IMG/VR virus record: IMGVR_UViG_3300027793_000078
Span: 1 to 64,000 of that record
Length of the DNA stretch: 64,000 nucleotides
Reading direction: 5' to 3' (one strand)
From: a virus
The notes under the pieces were generated by a model. It was not told the origin of the DNA, searched no databases, and saw nothing but the letters and a program-made list of their open reading frames with translations. Shown piece after piece: positions 23,475 through 33,717 of this stretch. Each line of letters begins with the position of its first letter. Position 1 is the stretch's first letter. The position numbers and the translations under genes were made by a program.

Positions 23475-24488
23475 ATGATATACGCTGAAGATGGATTTAA
23501 AGATGACGAAATTTACTTAAAAAATGTAGCAAGTTTAATACGTGAATATTGTGATCAATACAAAAAAGAACACAATGAACTAATGCCAAAATATGAAATG
23601 GCACAGCCGTATGTTAAATCCAAATATCCAAATTGCACAAGTTCAGATTTTCGCAGAGCAATGCATATTTATTGCACCGACTTGCTTTTATATACTGAAT
23701 TAACGAAAACGTCAGTATATAAAGATTTACAACGTGCATATTTGATGTTTCCAAAAAACATGAAGAGATTGGCTGAATGTGCGAATGTCACTGAAGAAAT
23801 GGCTTCATTTTATACGAGATTTTGGGCATCAAATGGTGACAAACTTTCAGATGAATGTTTATATAAATTCAACCTACATTATCAATCGTATTTAGATGGA
23901 GAAATATTAATATCTGAATTTTCAAAGAAAATTTTTAATTCAACAAATGCGGTTCAAATTTTGCTACTTCATATGCAGCAAAATTTTTTGATTAGTAAAT
24001 CGCATTATCAAAAAGCACAGAGCAAGATAAAAAAACGCGGGTTAGAATTTAAAATAACTGGCGATTATATTAATAAAATCTTTGTTGAACAAAATGGTAG
24101 ATGTGCGGTAACAAATACACCAATTTGTTCTTTTTATACAGATAGAAATGCAGTTTCTCCTTTGGTTTACAGTATTGACAGAATAGATAATGCAGTGGGG
24201 TATCTTCCCGGCAACATTAGACTTACCACAAAAAATGCAAATATGTGTCGTGGCAGTCTTACTGTAAATGAATTTAAAGAATTCATTGTTGTTGCATTTA
24301 TGAATATTGCCCGTGAAAATAAAAATTTAAATCATCTTTATGATGAAAAAATATTGGAAAAAATATCATTTGATAAAGAACCACACGCACTATTATCCAA
24401 CGTAAATGACTGCGACGATCTTTTAATATTTACAGAAAAATCAAAGGTTGAAACTAAAAAAGTTGAATATGATTACTGTTACGAGTAA
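23475..24488 (+). CDS. Protein with C-terminal HNH-like (His-Me finger) endonuclease domain
   Basis: QNGRCAVT...SIDRIDNAVGYLPGNIRL...N motif. Confidence 0.6.
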   Translation: MIYAEDGFKDDEIYLKNVASLIREYCDQYKKEHNELMPKYEMAQPYVKSKYPNCTSSDFRRAMHIYCTDLLLYTELTKTSVYKDLQRAYLMFPKNMKRLAECANVTEEMASFYTRFWASNGDKLSDECLYKFNLHYQSYLDGEILISEFSKKIFNSTNAVQILLLHMQQNFLISKSHYQKAQSKIKKRGLEFKITGDYINKIFVEQNGRCAVTNTPICSFYTDRNAVSPLVYSIDRIDNAVGYLPGNIRLTTKNANMCRGSLTVNEFKEFIVVAFMNIARENKNLNHLYDEKILEKISFDKEPHALLSNVNDCDDLLIFTEKSKVETKKVEYDYCYE

Positions 24489-24986
24489 ACAAAACAAATG
24501 AAAGCAAAACACATAAAATACACGGTTGAGTTTGATGTTCCTATTAAAATAGAAGATACAAAAATGAATCCAAATGCATATGATATGATTACAGCATTAA
24601 TGGAGCAGTCTATAAAAACACAATTGTTCTATTTTACCAAAGACGGAGTACCACCACATTCAGTGCGAGCAAAAAACATAAAGGTATCATACGAAACCAC
24701 AGTTCAAGATTATCAGATATAAGAAATTGAATCTAATTTTTTATAATGATACTATGTATCACTATGAGTTCAAAAAAGAAAGTAACAATCAAACCAAAAG
24801 ACATCAAATACTCGGTAAATAATACAGAATTGCCGGTAACTATTACACACGATAATAAAGTGTATTTTGATGTTGATCCAAAAGATGAAGCCGCAGTTCT
24901 TGCAAAAGATCAAGATAAAATAAATGAATATCAAGCGAAGGTTCAGAAAACGATGGAATATTTATATTTAGAAGGCTTTATCGAAA

Positions 24987-25703
24987 ATGAACCTGAATAA
25001 AATATTTCTCGCTTTTTTAATTTTTATATCTACTGCCGTTGCCGACGTTGTAAGTTATACAAATACACTACCTGCTAATTTTGATTACACAGAAAATACA
25101 ATAGGTAGAATCAATACCCAACAAACAATAACAATACCTCAATGGGACAATAATTTGTTTGTAAATTCGACACTAGTTAGTGTGTCGTATCAAATAAGAG
25201 GATTTTACTCATTTAATTATTTTGTATCTACTGGACCAAATACATACGGTGATTTTGAGTTTGCATATAATAATATGTATATGCAAGTAGAAGGTCCATT
25301 TACAACTTCAACAAGTGTAAATTTAATAGAATCTGATTTTGGTGGGCAATATTCTACTAATTTTGTTAATGTTTTTCCATTAACTACCATCAGCGGAACG
25401 TCAGGACTAATAAATAGTGTTGCATCTGATGTGTTGTTTGATAATAATATCGCAAATTATATTGGAACTGGTACATTGTCGTTTTTAATAAATGAATCAT
25501 CATTTATTTACATAAAAGGATATGCAACCGGCAACGGAGACATATCTTATACCCAAGGAGCAAGTAAATACAATGCATTAGAACTTGTTGTTAATTACGA
25601 ATATATTACTATACCTGAATCAAATTCATTATACGTTTTATTAGGTATTACTGCAATATTAATACCAGTATATTACTTTAACAATATAAAACGAAAACTC
25701 TAA
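24987..25703 (+). CDS. Secreted Ser/Thr/Asn-rich protein with PEP-CTERM-like sorting signal
   Basis: Signal peptide; C-terminus TIPESN + hydrophobic helix + KRK. Confidence 0.65.
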   Translation: MNLNKIFLAFLIFISTAVADVVSYTNTLPANFDYTENTIGRINTQQTITIPQWDNNLFVNSTLVSVSYQIRGFYSFNYFVSTGPNTYGDFEFAYNNMYMQVEGPFTTSTSVNLIESDFGGQYSTNFVNVFPLTTISGTSGLINSVASDVLFDNNIANYIGTGTLSFLINESSFIYIKGYATGNGDISYTQGASKYNALELVVNYEYITIPESNSLYVLLGITAILIPVYYFNNIKRKL

Positions 25704-25715
25704 TATTTATAGGAT

Positions 25716-26456
25716 ATGAATTTATACCGAGAATTTTACGAATCATTGAAAGAAGCTGCGTCTGAACCATTTCTTTTGGGTTATATTGGAAGAAAAGCAT
25801 TTAATAATGGCAAAATAGAAGTAAAGATTGTTACAGATGATGATGCAAGACATCCTCAAGAATGGAGCGAAAGTGGACTTACATGGAGATTTGTACCAGA
25901 AGTTAATATGTTAACATTTTGGGAAAAGCCATCAAGAGAAGAATTATTAGCCGTAAAAAACTGGTTGGAAAAAAACAAGTATGATGTAAAAAGAACTCAT
26001 ATTTATGGTCAATCGTACAATATCAAGCGATATGCTCCTGATACGCCTGAAATGAAAAGAAAACCGCTTGGAGTTGATGAAAATACAAATAAAAAGTATT
26101 GTGCGGTTTTGTTGGATGAAGTATCACAAAAGAAACTTAAAAGTTTATTTGGCGATTTGATTCCTCAAAATTGGACATTAAAATGTCATCATATGACTAT
26201 TGATCCGTTCAATGAATGTGCTGATAATGTTGGAAAATCTGTGAATTTGATGTTGACACACTTTGGTAAAAGTGATAAAGCATGTGCTGTAAAAGTTGTT
26301 GGATACAAAGGAACCACGAATAATGCATTTCCTCATGTAACCATTGCCGTGAATGAAGCTGACGGCGGCAAAGCAAAAGATAGTAATACAATTACAGAAT
26401 GGACACCTATTCGTAAACATATTACACTTACGGGAACAATAGAAAACTTGGAATGA
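25716..26456 (+). CDS. Two-domain protein with C-terminal 2H phosphoesterase (tRNA ligase CPDase-like)
   Basis: HHMTI and PHVTIAV 2H motifs; FYESLKE leader; TATTTAT promoter. Confidence 0.7.
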   Translation: MNLYREFYESLKEAASEPFLLGYIGRKAFNNGKIEVKIVTDDDARHPQEWSESGLTWRFVPEVNMLTFWEKPSREELLAVKNWLEKNKYDVKRTHIYGQSYNIKRYAPDTPEMKRKPLGVDENTNKKYCAVLLDEVSQKKLKSLFGDLIPQNWTLKCHHMTIDPFNECADNVGKSVNLMLTHFGKSDKACAVKVVGYKGTTNNAFPHVTIAVNEADGGKAKDSNTITEWTPIRKHITLTGTIENLE

Positions 26457-26460
26457 ATTT

Positions 26461-27891
26461 ATGATTAGTTTAAAAGAGTTATTGATGGAAGGAGCAAAAG
26501 AAAATGCTGCATTGGATTATTTGCAGCATTTGGTACGTAATGGGCCATTCAAAGGAAGAGTTTACCTTGCAGGCGGTGCTGTGCGTGATATGCAACTTGG
26601 TAAAGATCCAAAAGATTTGGATGTTGTTGTTACAGGCGGCATTGATGCTGGTATGGAATTTGCCAAATGGGCAACTCAATACATGAATAATTTCAAGGAA
26701 GGCAGCAATCCTGTGCTGTTTCCTACATATGGTACTGCTAAATTTACATTGAGTGGTATCGTTCATAATGGTATTGATTTGAGTGATGTCGATATTGAAG
26801 CAGTTGCAACCAGAAAAGAAAAATATAGTAGTGGCAGTCGCAAGCCAGAAGTAAGTTCTGGTGATCTTGCCGATGATGTTAATCGTAGAGATTTTACTGT
26901 TAATAGTCTGTTGAAAGACTTGACTAATGGTGAAATTTTGGATTTGACTGGATTGGGTAAACAAGATATTGCCGCTGGTATTATTCGCACTCCATTGAAT
27001 CCTGATATTATTTTCAGTGAAGATCCTCTTCGTATGTTGAGAGCGGTTCGATTTGCTTTCAAATATGATTGGGATTTGCCATTATTTATGATTCGGGCAT
27101 TGAAGCGCAATTCATCACAATTAAAAAATATTAGCAATGAACGTATTCGTGATGAACTGGATAAAATGCTTGTAACCGGTAGTCCAGATAGAGCAATTAA
27201 ATTGCTACGCATTACAGGATTGTTAAACTATATCATTCCAGAATTTAAAAGTGCATACAAGATGACACAAAATGTTCATCATAAGCATGATGTATTTACA
27301 CATACGTTGGAAGTTCTGAAGAAAACTAAACCTGTGTTGGCTCAACGTTTAATGGCATTGTTTCACGATATTGGCAAAACTGTTACTCGTAGTGTAACTC
27401 CTACAGGTGTTCATTTTTATGGACACGAAGACAGTGGTGCTGATATGGCAAAAGACATTATGAAGCGACTGAAATATCCAAATGAATTGGCTGACGCCGT
27501 TGCTTTGGGTGTTCAAAATCACATGCGCTTAAAGAGCGGCGGCGATGATGCAGTTAAACTGAGCGATAAAGCGTTGCGTAAATTTAAAGTTACTCTTGGC
27601 GATCAATTGGAAAATTTGCTTGATGTAATGCATGCAGATAATATTGCACATAGCGAAGCAAGCAGCATGCCAAATCAAATTGAAAATGTTAGAAAGCGTT
27701 TGGCAGCATTGCAAATGCCGACTGAAAAACCAAATTTACCTATCAATGGCAACGATTTGATTGCTTTGGGCTTGAAACCGGGTCCACAATTTGCGAAGAT
27801 TATGAGTGCAGTGACTGATGCTTGGTATGAAAACCCAAATATAAATCGTCAACAGGCACTTGAAATTGCTCGAAAAATTGTAAATTTATGA
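26461..27891 (+). CDS. cca: CCA-adding tRNA nucleotidyltransferase with HD domain
   Basis: GGAVRD, DLDVV, RRDFTVN, EDPLRMLRAVRF, SNERIRDE, HDIGK motifs. Confidence 0.92.
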   Translation: MISLKELLMEGAKENAALDYLQHLVRNGPFKGRVYLAGGAVRDMQLGKDPKDLDVVVTGGIDAGMEFAKWATQYMNNFKEGSNPVLFPTYGTAKFTLSGIVHNGIDLSDVDIEAVATRKEKYSSGSRKPEVSSGDLADDVNRRDFTVNSLLKDLTNGEILDLTGLGKQDIAAGIIRTPLNPDIIFSEDPLRMLRAVRFAFKYDWDLPLFMIRALKRNSSQLKNISNERIRDELDKMLVTGSPDRAIKLLRITGLLNYIIPEFKSAYKMTQNVHHKHDVFTHTLEVLKKTKPVLAQRLMALFHDIGKTVTRSVTPTGVHFYGHEDSGADMAKDIMKRLKYPNELADAVALGVQNHMRLKSGGDDAVKLSDKALRKFKVTLGDQLENLLDVMHADNIAHSEASSMPNQIENVRKRLAALQMPTEKPNLPINGNDLIALGLKPGPQFAKIMSAVTDAWYENPNINRQQALEIARKIVNL

Positions 27892-28118
27892 AAATCAAAT
27901 GGATTATTGGGTATATTGATAGTTATGGGGCGATTCATTATAAAGCGGTAAAAATTAGTGATACTGTTGATAGCCATAATCAAATTTGGCCGGGACGAAC
28001 AAAGCAAACTAAATGGCGTTGGGTGCCCGATAAACCGTATCATTTGGATACTTATGGTATTGATTTGTGTCCAGAAGATGAAGACAATGTTTGGAACCTG
28101 ATTACCAAACTGCAATAA
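27888..28118 (+). CDS. Small protein homologous to the N-domain of the 25716 protein
   Basis: GYI...G.I..K.V...H...W...WR(W/F)VP shared. Confidence 0.55.
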   Translation: MKIKWIIGYIDSYGAIHYKAVKISDTVDSHNQIWPGRTKQTKWRWVPDKPYHLDTYGIDLCPEDEDNVWNLITKLQ

Positions 28119-28127
28119 ATTAACCAA

Positions 28128-28163
28128 ACCCCGTAACTTTTATGAGTTACGGGGTCTTTTTTT
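28128..28163 (+). terminator. Intrinsic terminator
   Basis: ACCCCGTAACT/AGTTACGGGGT hairpin + T run. Confidence 0.85.
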
Positions 28164-28175
28164 ATATTTATAACT

Positions 28176-29609
28176 ATGCAATATAGCGATTTCTACAATT
28201 ATTTGATAAACGAAGCGTTTGATAGTGTTTATTCTTTTTTATTGAATCCAGAACATGATGATACTGAATGGTATGATTTGATTCGTAAATTTGAATCACA
28301 TGGTGGCAAAGTTCTTGGACAAGGAAAATATGCAACTGTAATGGAGCATCCTTCTTGGAAATACGTATTGAAAGTATTTAATGACGATGCGCCGTATATT
28401 AAATTTGTAAGATTTGCTTTGAAGAATCCACGTTCTTCATTTCCTGTATTTTATGACAAGCCTCGTAAAATTGTACCTCATTTCAAAAGATCCGAATCAC
28501 ATCCTTATTTGTATGTAGTTAAAACAGAAAAACTATATCCAATTAATAGAGACATATTTGGAGAAATTGAATATTATTTGTATTACAACTATGAATTTGT
28601 TGATGATATGATTGCAAAATATAGTCGTGATAATGAAAAAGACAACATGTGGATTGAAATGAAGCACAAGTTGGAAACATTAGAATCCAAATATCCTTCA
28701 TTACCACAATTTAAAGAAGATTATAATTTTTTACTAACCAATGCTAATTTCGGTCAACTTGATATGCATGTGCATAATATAATGCGTAGATCAAATGGAG
28801 AATTTGTTTTAATTGATCCATTTTGGCAAGGAGAATCAATTCATCAAATTCAAAAACGAGCATTTGATGCAGAAACAGATTATCCATATGACGAATATAT
28901 TGCTTCTCCTATGTTAAAAGGTGGAGAATTACCAAAGAGAAAGCAGGTTCGTAAAATTAATTACAAACCAAAAGAACCAGACTATAAGGCATCATATGGC
29001 GATGATTTTCCATTTTTTGAACAAAAAGTTAATAAAAAAGAATACGAACGTAGATATGAATTCATTCAAAAATATATTGAGTCTTTAATTGAAAAAGCTC
29101 CCGGCAAAAATCGTGAAGAAAAATTAACTTATGTCTGGAATCATCACAAATCAACAATGGAAAAACTCATAGCAGGATCACGCGCTTTGAGTAAACCATC
29201 CATTTTTGGTCGGATTGGTGATGAACATCCAGATTCTTATAAATCAAAATTTACAGCAGATAAGTATTATATTCGTTTTGGTGATTTGCCAAAAGGCGGC
29301 AAATCGAAAAACTATGCCACCAACGAAATGGAAATAGGAATTAGTTCTTATCCTGTTAAATGGAATATAGAAAAAAATAAATGGGAAATAATTGAAGATC
29401 AATTGGAAGAATTTTCAGCACTTCATAGTTTGATATATGATATAACTATAGGAGAAGGACGACCTGTTTATTTGATTCAAGGTCAAGAATTGAATGATTT
29501 GGGTAGTGACGGAGAACCTATGTTGGATGTTAACAAAATTAAAATTATTAAACAATTACAGCCAGATGAATTCTTTAGTAAAGAATTAGGAAACAATTGG
29601 TATAGATAA
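28176..29609 (+). CDS. Putative internal virion protein with N-terminal Ser/Thr protein kinase domain
   Basis: LGQGKYATV glycine loop, VLKV, LDMHVHNIM catalytic loop, LIDP; MQYSDFYNYLINE leader. Confidence 0.75.
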   Translation: MQYSDFYNYLINEAFDSVYSFLLNPEHDDTEWYDLIRKFESHGGKVLGQGKYATVMEHPSWKYVLKVFNDDAPYIKFVRFALKNPRSSFPVFYDKPRKIVPHFKRSESHPYLYVVKTEKLYPINRDIFGEIEYYLYYNYEFVDDMIAKYSRDNEKDNMWIEMKHKLETLESKYPSLPQFKEDYNFLLTNANFGQLDMHVHNIMRRSNGEFVLIDPFWQGESIHQIQKRAFDAETDYPYDEYIASPMLKGGELPKRKQVRKINYKPKEPDYKASYGDDFPFFEQKVNKKEYERRYEFIQKYIESLIEKAPGKNREEKLTYVWNHHKSTMEKLIAGSRALSKPSIFGRIGDEHPDSYKSKFTADKYYIRFGDLPKGGKSKNYATNEMEIGISSYPVKWNIEKNKWEIIEDQLEEFSALHSLIYDITIGEGRPVYLIQGQELNDLGSDGEPMLDVNKIKIIKQLQPDEFFSKELGNNWYR

Positions 29610-29624
29610 TAATATATATAAAAT

Positions 29625-30547
29625 ATGCATTTATCTAGATACGCAAAATTATTGGTTGAAAGTAACTTAACCCACGATTCGTTTGGTCGTAAAATCAAAG
29701 CGGCAATTGAGACTATTTTTGATGTTGACGATGTAAACATACAAAAAACAAATTTTTCAAAAGGTCCAAAATTTGCAAATTCGCATTTTAGTGCTGTTTT
29801 AATTTTTAAGTATCGTAATATTCCTTTAGAAATGACAGTTCATTTTTATCACTTGAAATTTTCGAAAAGCGAATTGAAACATTTAACAACCAATCAATTT
29901 ATGGATATGGTTCAATCTTCTGAATCTATACCCAAAATTGAAACGCCGGAAGATATATTGCGTTCTCCAAATATTCAAGTTATGTTAAGTGCTGTTTTAA
30001 CGTATAAACCAGTTACATACACCAAAGACATTATCGGTATAGATGACATGGAAGATGTTAAAGACATTCATATCGGAATCGTTAATTCAAATAATATAAG
30101 AAATTTAATGATCAAAGCAAAACAATTGATAGATAAATTGGGCGGAGATGATAATGCTCCTGATGAACCTGAACCGGTAGCGCCAATTCCTACAAATAAA
30201 AAATTAGTACCTGTATGAAAAATAAAATATCGTTAAAATCAATCTTAAAAGAAGCAATGATTATATTGCCTTTTGATGTTAGAAGCAGTGGTGTTGGTGA
30301 TTTTTATATTCAAATGGATGGTAACAATGCTGGCAAACCGTTTAAAGTAAAACCAGAAAAGGGCAATTATTATGCTGTAATTACAGATAAAAATATATTA
30401 TTGCCAGAATATTTTTATTATGTAGTTGAGTATTTATATACATCCGGTGCATTCAAACAAGTTATTCATGGTACAACAGTGCCACACTTGAATATCAAAG
30501 GATTTACTGAGGTTGTAGCTAAGTTTTTCTTTAAGACACCAAAGTAA
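29625..30547 (+). CDS. Two further leader-bearing late proteins (29625-30218, 30215-30547)
   Basis: MHLSRYAKLLVE and ISLKSILKE N-termini. Confidence 0.55.
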
Positions 30548-30553
30548 GATAAA

Positions 30554-31186
30554 TTAAACTTTTACTTTATCGAATTCAAGGTTATACTTCTTGCACATCT
30601 CAAGACATTTGCTATACGCCGCAAATGCTTCTGCTTTATTTGGACTTTGTGAAAGACGTTTCAACTTCTTGATTGTTTGATAAGTTGAGTGTGTCATTTC
30701 ACCATAAATAAATTCATCCATTGCGGGTGCATGTTCAGCAGTTTTTTCAGTTGCCTCATCATGTTGCCAGCTACCAAATTTGGTATTTTGTTCATTTAAC
30801 AACAATTCTGGATTCTTATCCAAGTCTTCAACCAATCTGTTGAAATTAATGTTGTTGGCATCTGGATGTTCACGCAATAGAAAATAAAGCATATTTAATA
30901 TTGGAGTTCGTACTGTTGGACAAAAATTGGTTTGTGTTTCAAGAATTTCTTGTTCTGTAAAACCCTGTTTTTTACCCTCGGCAATCAATAATTGCATTTT
31001 TTTTGTACCCTCTTTTACTTCCTCGTTGTACTTAACAGTATAATTGGTAGCAGCTTCACTTAAATTTTTGTGTGATTTTTTGATCTCAGCTACTTGCTCT
31101 TTTAATCTAAAAGCAAAATCAGGATTCTTCTCAAAAACACTCAATGCATAATTATTGTTACTCATATATACATATATATGAAGCAA
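30554..31186 (-). CDS. Protein with C-terminal DUF2786-like domain
   Basis: IKKLKRLSQSPNKAEAFAAYSKCLEMCKKYNL. Confidence 0.55.
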   Translation of the reverse strand: MLHIYVYMSNNNYALSVFEKNPDFAFRLKEQVAEIKKSHKNLSEAATNYTVKYNEEVKEGTKKMQLLIAEGKKQGFTEQEILETQTNFCPTVRTPILNMLYFLLREHPDANNINFNRLVEDLDKNPELLLNEQNTKFGSWQHDEATEKTAEHAPAMDEFIYGEMTHSTYQTIKKLKRLSQSPNKAEAFAAYSKCLEMCKKYNLEFDKVKV

Positions 31187-31234
31187 CTATTATAAAAACC
31201 TTGACTTTTTCATTTTTCTAGGTATTGTTGCCAT

Positions 31235-32275
31235 ATGAACAACGAAGATGTATTTGATGTGCCAAAGCCAAAAACGAAACTATTTGGTGAACGTGCCGCC
31301 CGTGTAACCACGGCAGAAATGAATGCTGTGTTTAACGAAATTCGCGGCATTTTTGCTGGTAGCACATACATTAGTCGCATGGATTTGAGCAAACCATTGC
31401 CTAGTAAAGAAGATCATGGTGATATTGACATTGTGGTGGAAACTTCACCGGGCACGGACTTGAAAGAGTATATTCGATCATATCTTGTATATTCAGATCA
31501 CTTTAAAAATTACCTAGTTGAAACGGTTAATAACGGCCCTATTATGCATTGTTTGTTTCATAGCTCGGCTATAAATAAACAAGTTCATGTGGATTTCATT
31601 TTTGCAAGTCCAGCAGAATATGATTCTACTCTGATGTATTTGGCCTACAACGACTTTAGTGGTATTTTGGGTGTAGTTACTCGAAAGCTAAAGTTTAACT
31701 ACGGCAACAAAGGAATGTTTAAAATCTATGTGGACAAAAAGGGGCAATATCATTATATTCTATTGACTCACAACTTGGTTGATGGATTGAAGATGATGGG
31801 GTATGGAAACATTATTCACACCTATTATCATATTCAAAACAATGAAGATATTTCCAAGTTTATTGGATACAGTGATTTGTTTGATAGCAGCTATTTGATT
31901 GGAAGCGATTTGAATCGTGGTGATCGTAAACGTATGCGAGCAGGTCGCCCAAGTGCCCGTGATCTTAAAGGTAAATTGGTTGACCTAAATAAGAAGCGCA
32001 GTCAGATGGACGATGACTATTATTTCAAATTGTTGTTTCCTGACAAGTACGCTGAGTATTTGGCAAAATGCAAAGCTATTGAAGATTATATTCCTCCCAA
32101 GAGCAAATACAATGGTAATTGGCTGATGCAAAAGTTTCCGGCAATCAAACCGGGACCAATCATTGGTAAAATTCAGTTGTATTGGTTGAAACGATATGGC
32201 GATCAACTAGACAATATTGACGAAAATCAATTGATTAGTGATACAAGTCAATATATTGCAGAAAATACAGTTTAA
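31235..32275 (+). CDS. Pol-beta superfamily nucleotidyltransferase
   Basis: KEDHGDIDIVV, VHVDF; C-terminal NGNWLM...KPGPIIGKI resembles the CCA-enzyme tail. Confidence 0.65.
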   Translation: MNNEDVFDVPKPKTKLFGERAARVTTAEMNAVFNEIRGIFAGSTYISRMDLSKPLPSKEDHGDIDIVVETSPGTDLKEYIRSYLVYSDHFKNYLVETVNNGPIMHCLFHSSAINKQVHVDFIFASPAEYDSTLMYLAYNDFSGILGVVTRKLKFNYGNKGMFKIYVDKKGQYHYILLTHNLVDGLKMMGYGNIIHTYYHIQNNEDISKFIGYSDLFDSSYLIGSDLNRGDRKRMRAGRPSARDLKGKLVDLNKKRSQMDDDYYFKLLFPDKYAEYLAKCKAIEDYIPPKSKYNGNWLMQKFPAIKPGPIIGKIQLYWLKRYGDQLDNIDENQLISDTSQYIAENTV

Positions 32276-32279
32276 TAAC

Positions 32280-32310
32280 AAAACCCCGTCAAAAACGACG
32301 GGGTTTTTTT
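32280..32310 (+). terminator. Intrinsic terminator
   Basis: AAAACCCCGTC/GACGGGGTTTT hairpin + T run. Confidence 0.85.
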
Positions 32311-32343
32311 CTAATTTTACTGAGAGACAGTATATTTATTGAT

Positions 32344-33717
32344 ATGCCTATACCAACAGACCACTTGATACTAGAAGGTAGAATATCAGATTTTAAGAAA
32401 AAGTATGCCTACAAATTGGCACCTGCGACTGTTAATTATATTATTGCCAATGATCCTAGTAAAAATCAGAAATATTTAGATTGGATAGGTAAATCTCTTG
32501 TGGCAGCAGATGAAGATGACGATTATATATCTCCAGAAGAAATGATGAAAGACATTGCATTGTTTCACAAAAATATCAAAGGCGTTGATATATACTCTCT
32601 CAAATCATTTGATCAATTGCAATCATTGGTACACAAACAAACAGAACCTTCATCAAGACAAAAAATACTTCAAGGCGCAGATATAATTGTAAATGATAAA
32701 AATTGGTTGGTTGTGGCTCCTAAAACACATGATGCAAGTATGTTTTTTGGTGGAAGCACTCGTTGGTGTATTAGTACAAGTTCAGAATCTCACTGGGATA
32801 AACATTACAATGAGGATGGTGAAGCCATCATCATGCTTAAAAATAGAAAGAAAACATCAAGTAGCTTAGATTGGAAACTTTGTTTAACTGTTCAACCGGG
32901 AGAAAGTGATTTGGATTATGCGTATATGTATGATGTTAAAGATTATGGAACAAGTGTTCGCAACAGCAGTTTTTATTCTTATGTCCCAGAATATGTGGTA
33001 GATAAAATAAATGATTATTTGTATAACAATCATGATGGTGCAGATCGTAGAGACACTTATACTCAAGAAAAAGAAGAAAAAGAAATAGAAGAATATATGC
33101 AACGTGAAGTAGTTGATGATATTCTAGCGAAATATATTCGACTAATAAGAGTAAAATATCCCAAATATGCAGAAAAATTCAGTCGGGGTGATTTATTAGA
33201 ATTTATTGATGAATTTGTTGGCGAAGAAATAGTAAAACAAATGTGCCGGCACATAGCTTCTTCGGCTATTGGTGAATATGGGTGGCAAGATATGCATATA
33301 AGAAGTTTGCAAGAGTTTGATAATTTTTTATACAGAGATTCACCAAGTAACGCCAATTTTTTCAATTATGCATTGGTAAGTTACGTTAATAAAGTTCTAG
33401 GAGTAGATATGTTATTAAATATAATTGAAAACAATATCGGCACATCAAACTTTAACCGGCTTGACTCGGATTATGAAATAACAAACGCTTTAAATGATTG
33501 TGTTGAAAAATATGCGCTTGCGATAAATCAAGCAAACCAATTGCAATTACCAAACTTTCCACAAACAAAAGAAAAGTTTAAAAAATATGATATTGACGCC
33601 ATTATTGAATTGCTAATAAAATATGGATATGATCAATTAGCAAATATAATAAAGTCATATAGCGTGAGAAAATTGCAAGAAATGCAATACAAACAATTCA
33701 TTGTTTTCATGGTTTAA
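32344..33717 (+). CDS. Putative internal virion protein, distant relative of 14155/16591
   Basis: LILE leader; DI..(L/Y)KSF, WLVVAPKTHDAS...TRWCIS motif parallels YSWC(V/I)SR. Confidence 0.55.
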   Translation: MPIPTDHLILEGRISDFKKKYAYKLAPATVNYIIANDPSKNQKYLDWIGKSLVAADEDDDYISPEEMMKDIALFHKNIKGVDIYSLKSFDQLQSLVHKQTEPSSRQKILQGADIIVNDKNWLVVAPKTHDASMFFGGSTRWCISTSSESHWDKHYNEDGEAIIMLKNRKKTSSSLDWKLCLTVQPGESDLDYAYMYDVKDYGTSVRNSSFYSYVPEYVVDKINDYLYNNHDGADRRDTYTQEKEEKEIEEYMQREVVDDILAKYIRLIRVKYPKYAEKFSRGDLLEFIDEFVGEEIVKQMCRHIASSAIGEYGWQDMHIRSLQEFDNFLYRDSPSNANFFNYALVSYVNKVLGVDMLLNIIENNIGTSNFNRLDSDYEITNALNDCVEKYALAINQANQLQLPNFPQTKEKFKKYDIDAIIELLIKYGYDQLANIIKSYSVRKLQEMQYKQFIVFMV

